Shown here in pieces: positions 9,017 through 18,400 of a stretch of DNA of 57,572 nt. The translations under genes and the position numbers were made by a program. Position 1 is the first letter of the stretch. Every line of letters begins with the position of its first letter. This DNA comes from Sphingobacteriia bacterium (GTDB lineage: Bacteria > Bacteroidota > Bacteroidia > Bacteroidales > UBA7960). Location: assembly GCA_041642035.1 (NCBI GenBank), contig JBEPXC010000002.1, forward strand, positions 1 through 57,572, read 5' to 3'. The notes under the pieces were generated by a model. The model did no database searches, was not told the DNA's origin, and saw only the letters and a list, made by a program, of their open reading frames with translations.

Positions 9017-9778
9017 ATGAAACGACTTGAAAACAAAGCAGTAGTAATAACAGGAGGCGCAGGTGGAATAGGTAAAGCCACCGCCAAAATGATGCTTGAG
9101 GAAGGGGCAAAAGTATTGATTACCGACCTGGACGAAGAAGCGCTGAAGCAGGTATCCGAAGAGTTAAACGCATCGGATTTGTATTACATAGCAGCCGATG
9201 CTACGGATGAAAAACAGGTAAAGGCCTATGCCAATAAGGCCAGAGAGCTCTTCGGGCAGGTGGATGTGTTTTTCAACAATGCAGGACTTGAAGGAGAGGT
9301 AAAACCATTGGATGAATATCCACTGGAGATATATCATAAAGTTATTGATGTGAACATCAATGGTGCCTATTATGGATTGCGACATATATTCCCTTTGATG
9401 AAGGAAAAGGGTGGTTCTGTTATCATTACCTCATCAGTAGCCGGGCTGGCAGGCACAGCAAATGTGCTGCCCTATGTAACGAGTAAACACGCTTTAACAG
9501 GCATGATGCGCTCGGCGGCTCTTGAGGGAGCCCCCATGAAAATCAGGGTAAACACCATCAATCCATCGCCCGTTGACAACAGGATGATGCGATCGCTGGA
9601 GGAGGGCTTTGCCCCGGGGGAAGCAAAAGCTGCCAAGGAGAGTTTTGAAAAAAGCATCCCAATGGGTCGATACGCACAAAACGAGGAGATTGCCGCTCTG
9701 GCTGTATTCCTGGCCAGCGATGAAAGCCGTTTTATTACCGGAACCCTTAACCCGATTGATGGGGGTATGACGGCATAA
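9017..9778 (+). CDS. SDR-family (short-chain dehydrogenase/reductase) oxidoreductase
   Basis: 253 aa. Cofactor motif TGGAGGIGKA, NNAG, and catalytic YVTSK. Confidence 0.9.
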   Translation: MKRLENKAVVITGGAGGIGKATAKMMLEEGAKVLITDLDEEALKQVSEELNASDLYYIAADATDEKQVKAYANKARELFGQVDVFFNNAGLEGEVKPLDEYPLEIYHKVIDVNINGAYYGLRHIFPLMKEKGGSVIITSSVAGLAGTANVLPYVTSKHALTGMMRSAALEGAPMKIRVNTINPSPVDNRMMRSLEEGFAPGEAKAAKESFEKSIPMGRYAQNEEIAALAVFLASDESRFITGTLNPIDGGMTA

Positions 9779-10312
9779 CAGCTGGAAGCTCAAAAAATAC
9801 CTGCCATTCTGACAGATATTGACCCCCTTTTTAGAAAAACAGCACGTTTTATTCCGAATAATATTGCCCCCTTTGCAGGTATTTTCCGTAGCAAACTACC
9901 GCCTAAACTGACCCCTGCACCCTTCTCTGAAGACAACCAAACCTAACTTCCGGGCTTCAGATGGCAGATAATAATCTTCCCCAACGGAAAAGAAAGGAAA
10001 TTTGTGATAAAGAGAGGTGAGGTGTCATGCCACACTGCCATTATGACCGGAAAAGAGCGGAAATGGATGGAGATGGAATGTTTATTGCCTTTTGAAGAGC
10101 AATCTGTATCAATTGATGCCATCAAAAATAATACAGACATCGCTCTTTGTTCATCTTGTTTATATTGTTTTCATCACTCTCATGTGTAAAAATCTCTGAG
10201 CATAATGATTGGCTCAATTTTACCGGAGTATAGGGGCAAGAACGTGTTGTCCTTTTCATATGGGAAGCTCCATGCCTGGTTGGGGTATTATAAAATAGCA
10301 GGCTGAATGTTC

Positions 10313-10340
10313 TTTGACATCGTGGTAATAAATATTTTAA
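10313..10340 (+). promoter_or_regulatory. Bacteroidota-type promoter-like arrangement (TTTG N16 TAttTTAA)
   Basis: tttg at 10313-10316 and tattttaa at 10333-10340. The latter matches 6 of 8 positions of the -7 consensus TAnnTTTG. Lies 14 nt upstream of the small-ORF ATG. Confidence 0.3.
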
Positions 10341-10353
10341 GCTTCAGGAGAAG

Positions 10354-10443
10354 ATGGGCGACAGTGGGTCGTTCGCTATCCTGAAAAAGACTGAGGGTGA
10401 GGTTGAGGTTGAGGTTGAGGTTAAGGTTGAGATTGAGGCTTAG
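10354..10443 (+). CDS. candidate 29-aa small ORF (MGDSGSFAILKKTEGEVEVEVEVKVEIEA); may instead be a non-coding RNA
   Basis: Below the 60-aa track cutoff. ATG at 10354 preceded by aggag. Stop tag at 10441-10443 lies 17 nt before a strong terminator. The C-terminal half is just the translation of a GAGGTT hexamer repeat. Confidence 0.25.
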   Translation: MGDSGSFAILKKTEGEVEVEVEVKVEIEA

Positions 10444-10446
10444 ATT
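10393..10446 (+). repeat. hexamer tandem repeat (gaggtt-like x9)
   Basis: gagggt gaggtt gaggtt gaggtt gaggtt aaggtt gagatt gaggct tagatt. Confidence 0.85.
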
Positions 10447-10460
10447 GGGTATTCCTTTTG

Positions 10461-10493
10461 GAGACGCGCCTTTTTCGGGTGCGTCTCTTTATT
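10461..10493 (+). terminator. rho-independent terminator with no annotated upstream gene
   Basis: gagacgcgcc (10461-10470) pairs with gggtgcgtctc (10477-10487): a 10-bp stem with one G-U and a 7-nt loop, followed by tttatt. On the - strand the trailing sequence is A-rich, so the orientation is +. Confidence 0.7.
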
Positions 10494-10554
10494 ACAACGT
10501 CCAGTCAGGTCAGCCTTACCTATCCTTCACCTAAACTAAACTTTTAAAATTGCA

Positions 10555-11046
10555 TTAGTCTTCTTCCTGTAATCTCTTAATAAAAGCTTGCATTTCAGCT
10601 ATTTCTTCTTCCTGGGCCTTAATAATTTCATCGGCCAGTTTCCTTACTTCAGGGTCTTTAATAGCTGCCCTTTTACTGGTGAGAATAGCTATAGAATGGT
10701 GTGGAATCATCGCCTTCATATACAGAACATCTCCTATGGGGGTTTGTGTTCTTACCAGGGTCAAAGCACCTATAAATAGTATTGCACTGCCCAGAAGGAT
10801 GGCAATATTTTTCTTTTTATTTTTGTACATATTGAGCATAAACAGCAACATTATAACAGCCATGGCACTAATCCCCAGACAAGTCATGTAAAAACGGGTA
10901 AGACTGAAAGCCACGTGGTCGATTTGGTAGGTGTTTAAGTACATGGCAACATACATTGCTATAAAAGATCCTGTCAGCATCAATGCGTATTTTGTATATT
11001 GCCCCATCCCTTCTTCCCTGTGATTCATATTGTTATTATCTTTCAT
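10555..11046 (-). CDS. DUF305-family membrane protein (metal/copper-associated four-helix family)
   Basis: C-terminal MIPHHSIAILTSKRAAIKDPEVRKLADEIIKAQEEEIAEMQAFIKRL matches the DUF305 HH motif pattern, and three TM helices precede it. The track start at 11133 overlaps the upstream gene, so Met at 11046 (MKDNNNMNH...) or 11028 is preferred. Confidence 0.7.
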   Translation of the reverse strand: MKDNNNMNHREEGMGQYTKYALMLTGSFIAMYVAMYLNTYQIDHVAFSLTRFYMTCLGISAMAVIMLLFMLNMYKNKKKNIAILLGSAILFIGALTLVRTQTPIGDVLYMKAMIPHHSIAILTSKRAAIKDPEVRKLADEIIKAQEEEIAEMQAFIKRLQEED

Positions 11047-11110
11047 CAGATTAGATATTAAAGGTTTATATCTTTTTCGCTTATTGATAAGAATAGCCAA
11101 AGAATTTCTT

Positions 11111-11326
11111 TCACATAAAGTATTGCGCTGCAAAAAGGATCAAAACAATTATCAATATCAAAAGATAACTGTATGGACTTGCGAAATTTAGAGTCCAGCC
11201 CAGTTGAGAATAAAACTTTGGAACAACCCATCTTGGGTCTTTACGGTTAAAGTAGAAAATACCTTTCCAATTTTCAGGATTTTTATGCAGGGCATCACGT
11301 ATCTCTTTCCCAGGTTTTGCTTTCAT
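11111..11326 (-). CDS. DUF5808-like small membrane protein
   Basis: 71 aa. WKGIFYFNRKDPRWVVPKFYSQLGWTLNF followed by one TM helix, a pattern I associate with DUF5808. Confidence 0.55.
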   Translation of the reverse strand: MKAKPGKEIRDALHKNPENWKGIFYFNRKDPRWVVPKFYSQLGWTLNFASPYSYLLILIIVLILFAAQYFM

Positions 11327-11382
11327 CTCGCTAAAGTTTAAAGAAGTTCTTACCTAACCTACTATACCCATTAGGACAGTAC

Positions 11383-11760
11383 TCAGGTGGCCATGATAAA
11401 ATAAAAAGCAAGCAGCAGGCTAATGACCAGGCCCACAGAACCAATGCGATGCAGCCACACCATGGTTGGACTGGTTTCTTTGGTACTTAAAAATGCTCCC
11501 GAAATAAAAAGCGCTACCGTAGAGACAAATGCCATCACCAACAACACCAAAAGAAACAGGTTGACTTCCAGCTCACGTTGATTTCCCAAAAAAACAAACA
11601 CCAGGAAAACAACCAACAACACACTGGCGATTTTGTGTATTAACGAGATACTTGTTTTATAGGGTTTGCCTGATTTGTGCATCATAACCCCCAGGACTAT
11701 TATTATCAGCATTAAGACGGCTGAAATAATTACTTCAGAGATAAGACTCAATTGTTCCAT
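11383..11760 (-). CDS. hypothetical four-TM membrane protein
   Basis: 125 aa with four hydrophobic helices. No recognisable family. Same strand as the two preceding membrane genes. Confidence 0.5.
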   Translation of the reverse strand: MEQLSLISEVIISAVLMLIIIVLGVMMHKSGKPYKTSISLIHKIASVLLVVFLVFVFLGNQRELEVNLFLLVLLVMAFVSTVALFISGAFLSTKETSPTMVWLHRIGSVGLVISLLLAFYFIMAT

Positions 11761-12017
11761 GTTTTTACGGTTTAGGTTATTATTCGGGTAAATGATTCGA
11801 TTCTCAATCAGGGAGATTGAATTTCCGGCCTTTCTCCGGAGTCAACCCTTTCGCTGATGGAATATATTTAACTTTTCAGGTAAAAAGCAGTAGTAATAAA
11901 TTAGCAGTCAAAATGCCATAATCACATGATTATTCATCAAAAATATGCTATTATTTTTATTTAGAGGCAATTATTCTGCTTACTTTTTATTTTTTTGGGG
12001 GGATAGGGCCTTATGGG

Positions 12018-12043
12018 GGTGGTTTCGGCTCCGCTCAACCACC
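12018..12043. repeat. 26-nt hairpin repeat (inverted copy of 8905-8930)
   Basis: ggtggtttcggctccgctcaaccacc is the exact reverse complement of 8905-8930. It lies 7 nt upstream of the 24-bp tandem array. Confidence 0.85.
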
Positions 12044-12050
12044 TTTCTTC

Positions 12051-12206
12051 GAAGGATGGTTCCTGAGCGAAGTCGAAGGATGGTTCCTGAGCGAAGTCGA
12101 AGGATGGTTCCTGAGCGAAGTCGAAGGATGGTTCCTGAGCGCAGCCGAAGGATGGTTCCTGAGCGCAGCCGAAGGATGGTTCCTGAGCGCAGCCGAAGGA
12201 TGGTTT
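12051..12206 (+). repeat. 24-bp tandem repeat, 6.5 units (3 x variant A, 3 x variant B, 1 partial)
   Basis: A = gaaggatggttcctgagcgaagtc (12051-12122). B = gaaggatggttcctgagcgcagcc (12123-12194). Partial unit gaaggatggttt (12195-12206). The core tgagcgNagNcgaa is also present in the 26-nt hairpin repeat. Confidence 0.95.
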
Positions 12207-12627
12207 AATGCTGTAGTTTGATATCAATAAGTGTATGGATATCCTTCAAGTCCGTATGACCGTTAACATCGATACGGATTCCCCTGCCTTCGGTATACTG
12301 TTTTGCCTGCATCAAATCCTGCTTAATGGTGGGTGAGACATCACTTTCCAATACAGCATCGGCAGCTTTCTGACCAAAAACAAAGGCTACCCTAAAATAC
12401 CTGTTGCGGGGCAGAAAATAGAGTATAGCCCTTTTTTTGTCGTTGATGCGGTAACTCCAGCCATAATTTTGGCCCGGATAAGTCCATTGGGCTTCACCCA
12501 TAGGATATTTTCCCATAACATAGTCTTTAAGACTCTTCCACAAATCATAGGTTGATTTGAGCCTTTCCTCCAATTCTTCTTGTGAGGGAATAATGGATTT
12601 CTCCATAAACACACTTTTGTCTTCCAT
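12205..12627 (-). CDS. DUF3788-like protein
   Basis: 140 aa. LW..LKDYV...YP......WTYPGQNYGWSYRINDKKRAILYFLPRNRYFRVAFVFG resembles the DUF3788 family as I remember it. The stop codon (12205-12207) overlaps the last repeat unit. Confidence 0.6.
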   Translation of the reverse strand: MEDKSVFMEKSIIPSQEELEERLKSTYDLWKSLKDYVMGKYPMGEAQWTYPGQNYGWSYRINDKKRAILYFLPRNRYFRVAFVFGQKAADAVLESDVSPTIKQDLMQAKQYTEGRGIRIDVNGHTDLKDIHTLIDIKLQH

Positions 12628-12722
12628 CGTGTTACAAGTTTGATTTGATATAAGGTAACAGTCTTCTCACCGCATCCTAAATGGTCAGGCCGTTAGGTTT
12701 TGAGAAAGGATTTAATCCGGTA

Positions 12723-13559
12723 CTATTTATTCACAGCAGATAAAAACTCCATCAGCAGGGCATTAAATTCATAAGGATTATCCATGTTGGCGCAATGTCC
12801 GGCATCTTTAATGGTTACAAATTGACTCTGCGGTTCCGACTGATGCCATTTCTTGTTGATCGTTTGCGACAACTCCAGATCTTTATCTCCTGTAATCAAC
12901 AACAAGGGATAAGTCCTATGGATAGAGTCGCCCGGCTGCAAGGCTTTGCCCAGCCCCGACATCACCATGAAAGACCTGCGGGTAAAGGATTGGGTCATCC
13001 GGTAAATTTTCTCCTGCTGAGTGCTGTTGAAGGCGCTCACCCTGGCTACGTATCTTCGGAAAGAATTCATGGAGAAAAGAACCTTGAAAATCCATTTGAA
13101 GTTTTCCTTGCGACGGGCACGATTAAGTTCTTTGCTATGAGCATATATGCTATATCCCCCCAATATGGTCATGGATTGTACCCTGTTGGGGAAATGAACG
13201 CCAAAATGTTGCGCGATCAAAGCACCAACAGAAAGCCCTACCAAATGTACCTTTTCATATCCCTCCAATTCCATAATCGTCTTAATGTGGTAAATGGTGT
13301 TGTTGATGGTATCAAGCGACGAGCCGGTTTGAGAGAGTCCGTGTCCGGGCATATCCAGGGTTATTACCCTATAGAGCGAAGAGAAAAAGGTAATCTGGCC
13401 ATCAAAACAGCAGTGATCCGTAAAAGCAGCATGAAGAAAAATGATCAGTTCATTGCCAGGTGTTCCTGAAGCGAAATAATGAAGAGCATACCCGGGGAGG
13501 TTTAGTTGCAGATGTTCAACAGCAGGAGTTGTTTTAAGAAGGGGATTAACGCTATCCAT
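12723..13559 (-). CDS. alpha/beta-fold hydrolase
   Basis: 278 aa. HAAF oxyanion region, nucleophile elbow GLSVG (HLVGLSVGALIAQ) and C-terminal DAGHC histidine motif. Confidence 0.85.
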   Translation of the reverse strand: MDSVNPLLKTTPAVEHLQLNLPGYALHYFASGTPGNELIIFLHAAFTDHCCFDGQITFFSSLYRVITLDMPGHGLSQTGSSLDTINNTIYHIKTIMELEGYEKVHLVGLSVGALIAQHFGVHFPNRVQSMTILGGYSIYAHSKELNRARRKENFKWIFKVLFSMNSFRRYVARVSAFNSTQQEKIYRMTQSFTRRSFMVMSGLGKALQPGDSIHRTYPLLLITGDKDLELSQTINKKWHQSEPQSQFVTIKDAGHCANMDNPYEFNALLMEFLSAVNK

Positions 13560-13699
13560 TCGAAGGCAGAAAATTTACATTTAAATGATCATGATACATA
13601 TATAGGCAACGCCCGCTCAATGATACAAAAACGGGGCTGCAATATATAAAATATTACGACATCAATGGAGGGTTGGGAGGAATTATTTATGGGTGACGA

Positions 13700-13722
13700 G
13701 CTGGAAGCTGGAAGCTGGAAGG
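13700..13722 (+). repeat. heptamer microsatellite gctggaa x3
   Basis: gctggaa gctggaa gctggaa gg. Same unit as at 4785-4812 and 9781-9793. Confidence 0.8.
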
Positions 13723-13731
13723 ATGCTGTTG

Positions 13732-13868
13732 AATCGTTGAATCTACTCTAAACATCAAAAGGCCCCCAACCCCCTGGGAGGGGGAGCTCGCAACTCATTG
13801 ACATTGTGCAAGATCAAATGATTTTCGTCTCCCAAAAATGACTTTACAGAGTGGACTGATCGTTGAGG
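13732..13868 (+). repeat. intergenic repeat element, copy B (see 3101-3253)
   Basis: Same order of blocks as copy A, with one ~6-nt deletion. Contains the hairpin ccccctgggaggggg. Confidence 0.8.
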
Positions 13869-13884
13869 CAACTACCGTCAAGAC

Positions 13885-13941
13885 GATGGAAAGTCCTGCG
13901 GATGTTTCCATGTCTTGAACATGGGGCTAAGACTTTCCATC
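13885..13941 (-). terminator. nested stem-loop immediately 3' of gltD (possible terminator/processing structure; no U-tract)
   Basis: Perfect 11-bp outer stem gatggaaagtc (13885-13895) / gactttccatc (13931-13941), with inner 6-bp stem ccatgt (13908-13913) / acatgg (13919-13924). Starts 11 nt after the gltD stop codon. Confidence 0.4.
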
Positions 13942-13951
13942 TTTGGTATCT

Positions 13952-15391
13952 TCAGGCACTTCCCTTTGCCTCTTCGCCCAGGTATTCCATGATGGCGTGT
14001 GCGGCTTTTCGCCCCGAAGCGATGGCCGTGACTACCAGGCTTGCGCCCACCATGCTGTCGCCGGCAGCAAAAATCTTTGCTCGCGAGGCCTGGTGTTTGT
14101 TGTCGACCTTAATATTGCCTCTTTCGGAGAACTCCAGTTCCAAATCGTTGAGCAGTCCCTCATGCACCGGGTGCACAAATCCCATGGACAGTAACACAAG
14201 ATCGGCATCGACCAGTCGTTGGGTTCCGGGGATTTCGAACATTTGCATACCTCCTGTATCGCCTTTTCGCCATTCGACATCGACCAGCTCGGCTTGTTTT
14301 ACATGGCCATTTTCGCCGATAAAACGTTTGGTAAGGGTGTTCCACAGGCGCTCGCAACCTTCATCGTGTGAAGAAGAGGTCTTCAAGACTTTAGCCCAGT
14401 AGGGCCATGGGTTGAAAACGTCTCTTTTAAGTGGAGGCTTGGGAAGAATTTCTATCTGGGTTATGCTGGCAGCCCGTTGCCGGTTTGAAGTGCCCACACA
14501 GTCGGATCCGGTATCGCCACCACCAATAACCAATACATGCTTTTTTTTGGCAGAGATGCGTTCATTTTCATCGATGGAGTCGCCTCTGACCACCTTATTT
14601 TGTTGGCTCAGGAAATCCATGGCGAAGTGGATACCTTTCAGATCACGACCTTCGATGGGCAGATCGCGTGCTTGCATAGCCCCCACCGCAAGACAGATGA
14701 CATCAAAGGCCGCATGCAACTCTTGCGCGGGTATATCTTGACCCACATGAACATTGGTTTTTATTTCCAGGCCTTCCTGCAGTAATACATCTAAACGGCG
14801 GTCTACCACCTGCTTGGCAAGTTTGAAATCAGGGATTCCATACCTGAGCAATCCACCTGCAGCATCATCTTTTTCGAATACAGTAACTGAATGGCCGGCT
14901 TTGTTAAGCAAATCGGCACAGGCCAGACCGGCAGGCCCTGAGCCAATGACGGCAACTTTTTTCCCTGTTCTTTCCCGGGGAGGGTTAGGTTGAATATAGC
15001 CCAGTTCATAGGCTTTTTCGGTAACAGCGGCTTCATTCTCTCGAATGGTGACGGGTTGTTCGTGCAAAGCGAGGACACAACCCATTTCGCAGGGTGCAGG
15101 GCAAATACGACCGGTAAATTCGGGAAAGTTGTTGGTGGTTTGCAGGATATCGCTGGCGAGTTTCCAGTTGTCCTTGTAAACAGCGTCCTGCCACTCGGGC
15201 ATGTTATTCATTACCGGGCAAGCCCATTGGCAAAAGGGGATGCCACAATCCATGCAGCGCGAGGCCTGCAGTTTGCGATCCTCGTCATTGAGGGTTTGTT
15301 CCACCTCACCAAAATCGTTAGTTCTTTCGTGTAAGGGTCGGTTGCCGCTTTCCTTGCGGGCATACTTTATAAATCCTTTGGGGTCTCCCAT
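13952..15391 (-). CDS. gltD: glutamate synthase (NADPH) small subunit
   Basis: 479 aa. N-terminal Fe-S cysteines CMDCGIPFC...CP, dinucleotide folds VIGSGPAGLA and VIGGGDTGSDC. Immediately downstream of gltB. Confidence 0.95.
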   Translation of the reverse strand: MGDPKGFIKYARKESGNRPLHERTNDFGEVEQTLNDEDRKLQASRCMDCGIPFCQWACPVMNNMPEWQDAVYKDNWKLASDILQTTNNFPEFTGRICPAPCEMGCVLALHEQPVTIRENEAAVTEKAYELGYIQPNPPRERTGKKVAVIGSGPAGLACADLLNKAGHSVTVFEKDDAAGGLLRYGIPDFKLAKQVVDRRLDVLLQEGLEIKTNVHVGQDIPAQELHAAFDVICLAVGAMQARDLPIEGRDLKGIHFAMDFLSQQNKVVRGDSIDENERISAKKKHVLVIGGGDTGSDCVGTSNRQRAASITQIEILPKPPLKRDVFNPWPYWAKVLKTSSSHDEGCERLWNTLTKRFIGENGHVKQAELVDVEWRKGDTGGMQMFEIPGTQRLVDADLVLLSMGFVHPVHEGLLNDLELEFSERGNIKVDNKHQASRAKIFAAGDSMVGASLVVTAIASGRKAAHAIMEYLGEEAKGSA

Positions 15392-15412
15392 ATGTATGTT
15401 TATTTGAAGAGG

Positions 15413-18400
15413 TTAGTACTGATGCTGGGGTGCGTCTTCGGTAAGTTCAAGCTTTTTTCGGATTCCTTCGAGCTTAATTTCCTGCAGCACCTTTTTGTAT
15501 TCCAGGGGAATGACCTTTACGAATTTGCGTGCATAATCATTCCAGTTGACCAGAATGTCTTCGGCCAGCCGGCTGCGGGTATAAAGCAGGTGTTTTTCAA
15601 TAAGGGCCTGCAGTTCATCTACGTCCTGATTGCTTTCCAGGGGTCCAATTTCTACCAGACCCTTGTTGCAGAAATATTCGAAGGTACCTTTTTTGTTGAG
15701 CACATAGGCAATGCCACCACTCATACCGGCGGCAAAATTACGACCGGTATCCCCCAGTACAACAACCCTTCCGCCGGTCATATACTCGCAGCCATGGTCA
15801 CCAACGCCTTCCACCACGGCATTGACGCCACTGTTTCGAACAGCAAATCGCTCGCCAGCCATTCCACGTACATACAGCTCACCCGAAGTAGCTCCATATA
15901 GCACGGTATTGCCGATGATGATGTTTTCTTCGGGAACAAAACGGCTTGCCGCGGGCGGAACCACAACGATCCTGCCTCCCGAGAGTCCTTTGCCCAGGTA
16001 GTCGTTCGAATCGCCTTCGAGGGTAAAGGTAATGCCACCGGTAAGAAAGGCACCAAAGCTCTGACCAGCAGAACCATAAAAGCGGGCATTTATAGTATCT
16101 TCAGGTAAAGAAGCAGCACCATAGCGTTTTACAATCTTGCCCGACAACATAGCACCCACTGCCCTGTCGGTATTCCTGATGGATTCAGAGAGCCATACCT
16201 TTTCACCGTTCTTGATGGATTTAGAAGACAACTCAATGAGCCGGGTATCCAGGATATCGTCGATAAGGTGCTTTTGTGGTTCTTTAAAACTCAATGCATT
16301 TTCATGTCCCTGGGGTGGGAAAAAGATTAGTTTGGAAACATCAACGTTTTTGGCTTTCCAATGCTTAACATCTTTGCGGGCCTGGAGCAAATCAGTACGT
16401 CCTACAATTTCATCAAACGACTTCACCCCCATCTCAGCGAGTATTTCGCGTACATCCTGGGCGATAAAGCGGAAATAGTTTTCGAGGTAGTCGGCTTTAC
16501 CCATAAATTTCTTTCGCAGGTATTCATCCTGGGTGGCCACACCTACGGGACAGGTGTTGAGGTGACATTTTCGCATCATGATGCAGCCTAATACGATAAG
16601 GGCTGCGGTGGCAAAACCAAATTCTTCGGCACCCAGCAGGCCCATAAGCACCACATCGCGTCCTGTTTTTAGCTGGCCATCGGTTTGTAGTTTTACCCGG
16701 CCACGCAGATCATTCATTACCAGGGTCTGATGCGCTTCAGAGATACCCATCTCAACGGGTAGTCCTGCATGCTTGATGGAAGAAACCGGACTGGCCCCGG
16801 TGCCCCCTTCCAGCCCACTGATGGTGATAAGATCGGCTTTGGCCTTGGCTACCCCGGCCGCAATAGTACCTACGCCATATTCGGCCACCAGCTTTACGCT
16901 GATTTTTGCTTCAGGATTGGTGCACTTGAGATCATATATCAGTTGTGCCAGGTCTTCGATAGAGTAGATATCATGATGGGGTGGAGGAGAAATCAGCGTG
17001 ATTCCCGGGGTGGAGTTTCTGAGTGTCCCGATTACCTCATTGACCTTAAAGCCGGGCAACTGTCCCCCTTCGCCGGGTTTTGCACCCTGGGCTACTTTGA
17101 TTTGTATTTCATCGGCATTGACCAGGTATGAGGTAGTGACCCCAAATCGTCCTGATGCCACCTGTTTGATGGAGCTGCGACGGTTGGTACCATCGGTCTG
17201 TACTTCAAAGCGTCCGGGATCTTCACCGCCTTCACCGGTATTACTACGACCACCGATACGGTTCATGGCAATAGCGAGGGCTTCATGAGCTTCTTTGCTG
17301 ATGGACCCATAGGACATGGCGCCGGTAACAAAACGCTTCATGATGCTCTCTATGGGCTCCACCTCATCGAGGCTTACCGGTGTTTGCTTCTTAAAATCAA
17401 GAAAGCCACGTAGAAAAACGGGCCTGCGGTTTTCTTCATTCACCAGGTTAGCATATTCCTTGTATTTGGTATAGTTGTTGGTTTTAGTCGCCCATTGCAG
17501 AATACTTATGGACTGCGGGTTCCAGGCATGGTGCTCGCCATTGACGCGGTAAGCATAAATCCCTACGGTGGATGGAAGATAAGAACCATTTTCGTGAAGG
17601 CTGGTAAAGGCCTGGTGATGGGGCATAGCTGCTTCGGCAGCAATCTCGGCCAGGCCGATACCACCTATTTTTGATGCTGTGCCATTAAAGTATTTGTCAA
17701 CCACAGCCTGATCGATACCCATACAAGCAAAAATTTGTGCGCCATGGTAGCTGCGCAAGGTTGAAATGCCCATCTTGGAGAGTACTTTAAGAATGCCATT
17801 ATCGATGGCTTTGATGTAATTTTCGCGTGCTTTCTCGTATTCCAGGGTTATTTCACCTTTTTGCACCAGCTCGTCGATCACCCCAAAAGCACCGTAAGGA
17901 TTAATCACACTGGCACCATATCCCAACAGGAGAGCAAAATGCATGACCTCTCTGGGTTCGGCCGATTCAAGAACCAGGCCTACCTGCATTCTTTTCTTCA
18001 CCTTGATTAGATGGTGATGCACGGTGGCTACCGCAAGCAGCGAAGGCACAGGAGCATGATCCTTGTCAACATTTCTGTCGGAAAGGATGATATAATTGAT
18101 CTGATTATCGGCGGCCTCTTCGGCCTTTTGGCACATTTTATCCAGGGCATCGGAAAGAGCCGTTTGCCCCCCCTTAGGATCAAAGACCATGGAGAGAATT
18201 ACATTTGAAAAGTCGGCGTAACGCAGGTCTTTTATCTTACCCAGGTCGGTATTGTTGATGAGCGGGCTTTTAAACTGTATAAGCTTGCATAAGGAAGAAG
18301 ACTCTTCGAGCAGGTTTTTATTTACAGAACCAATGTAGTTTGTCAGAGACATTACCAGCCCCTCACGAATGGGATCTATAGCAGGGTTGGTAACCTGGGC

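Noticed and set aside
12051-12206. Possible CRISPR array (also considered for 48272-48326 and 10393-10446)
   Set aside because: The repeats are directly adjacent with no spacers, the units are 6-24 bp, and no cas genes are present. These are tandem repeats, not CRISPR.
11945-12227. 87-aa (+) and 88-aa (-) ORFs with MVPERSRR / PSFDFAQE peptide repeats
   Set aside because: They are open only because the 24-bp tandem unit is a multiple of three and lacks stops in those frames. Their periodicity is that of the DNA repeat, so I treat them as non-coding.
12795-13469. 224-aa ORF antisense to the alpha/beta hydrolase gene
   Set aside because: Shadow ORF. The opposite strand carries the GxSxG elbow and the catalytic His motif.
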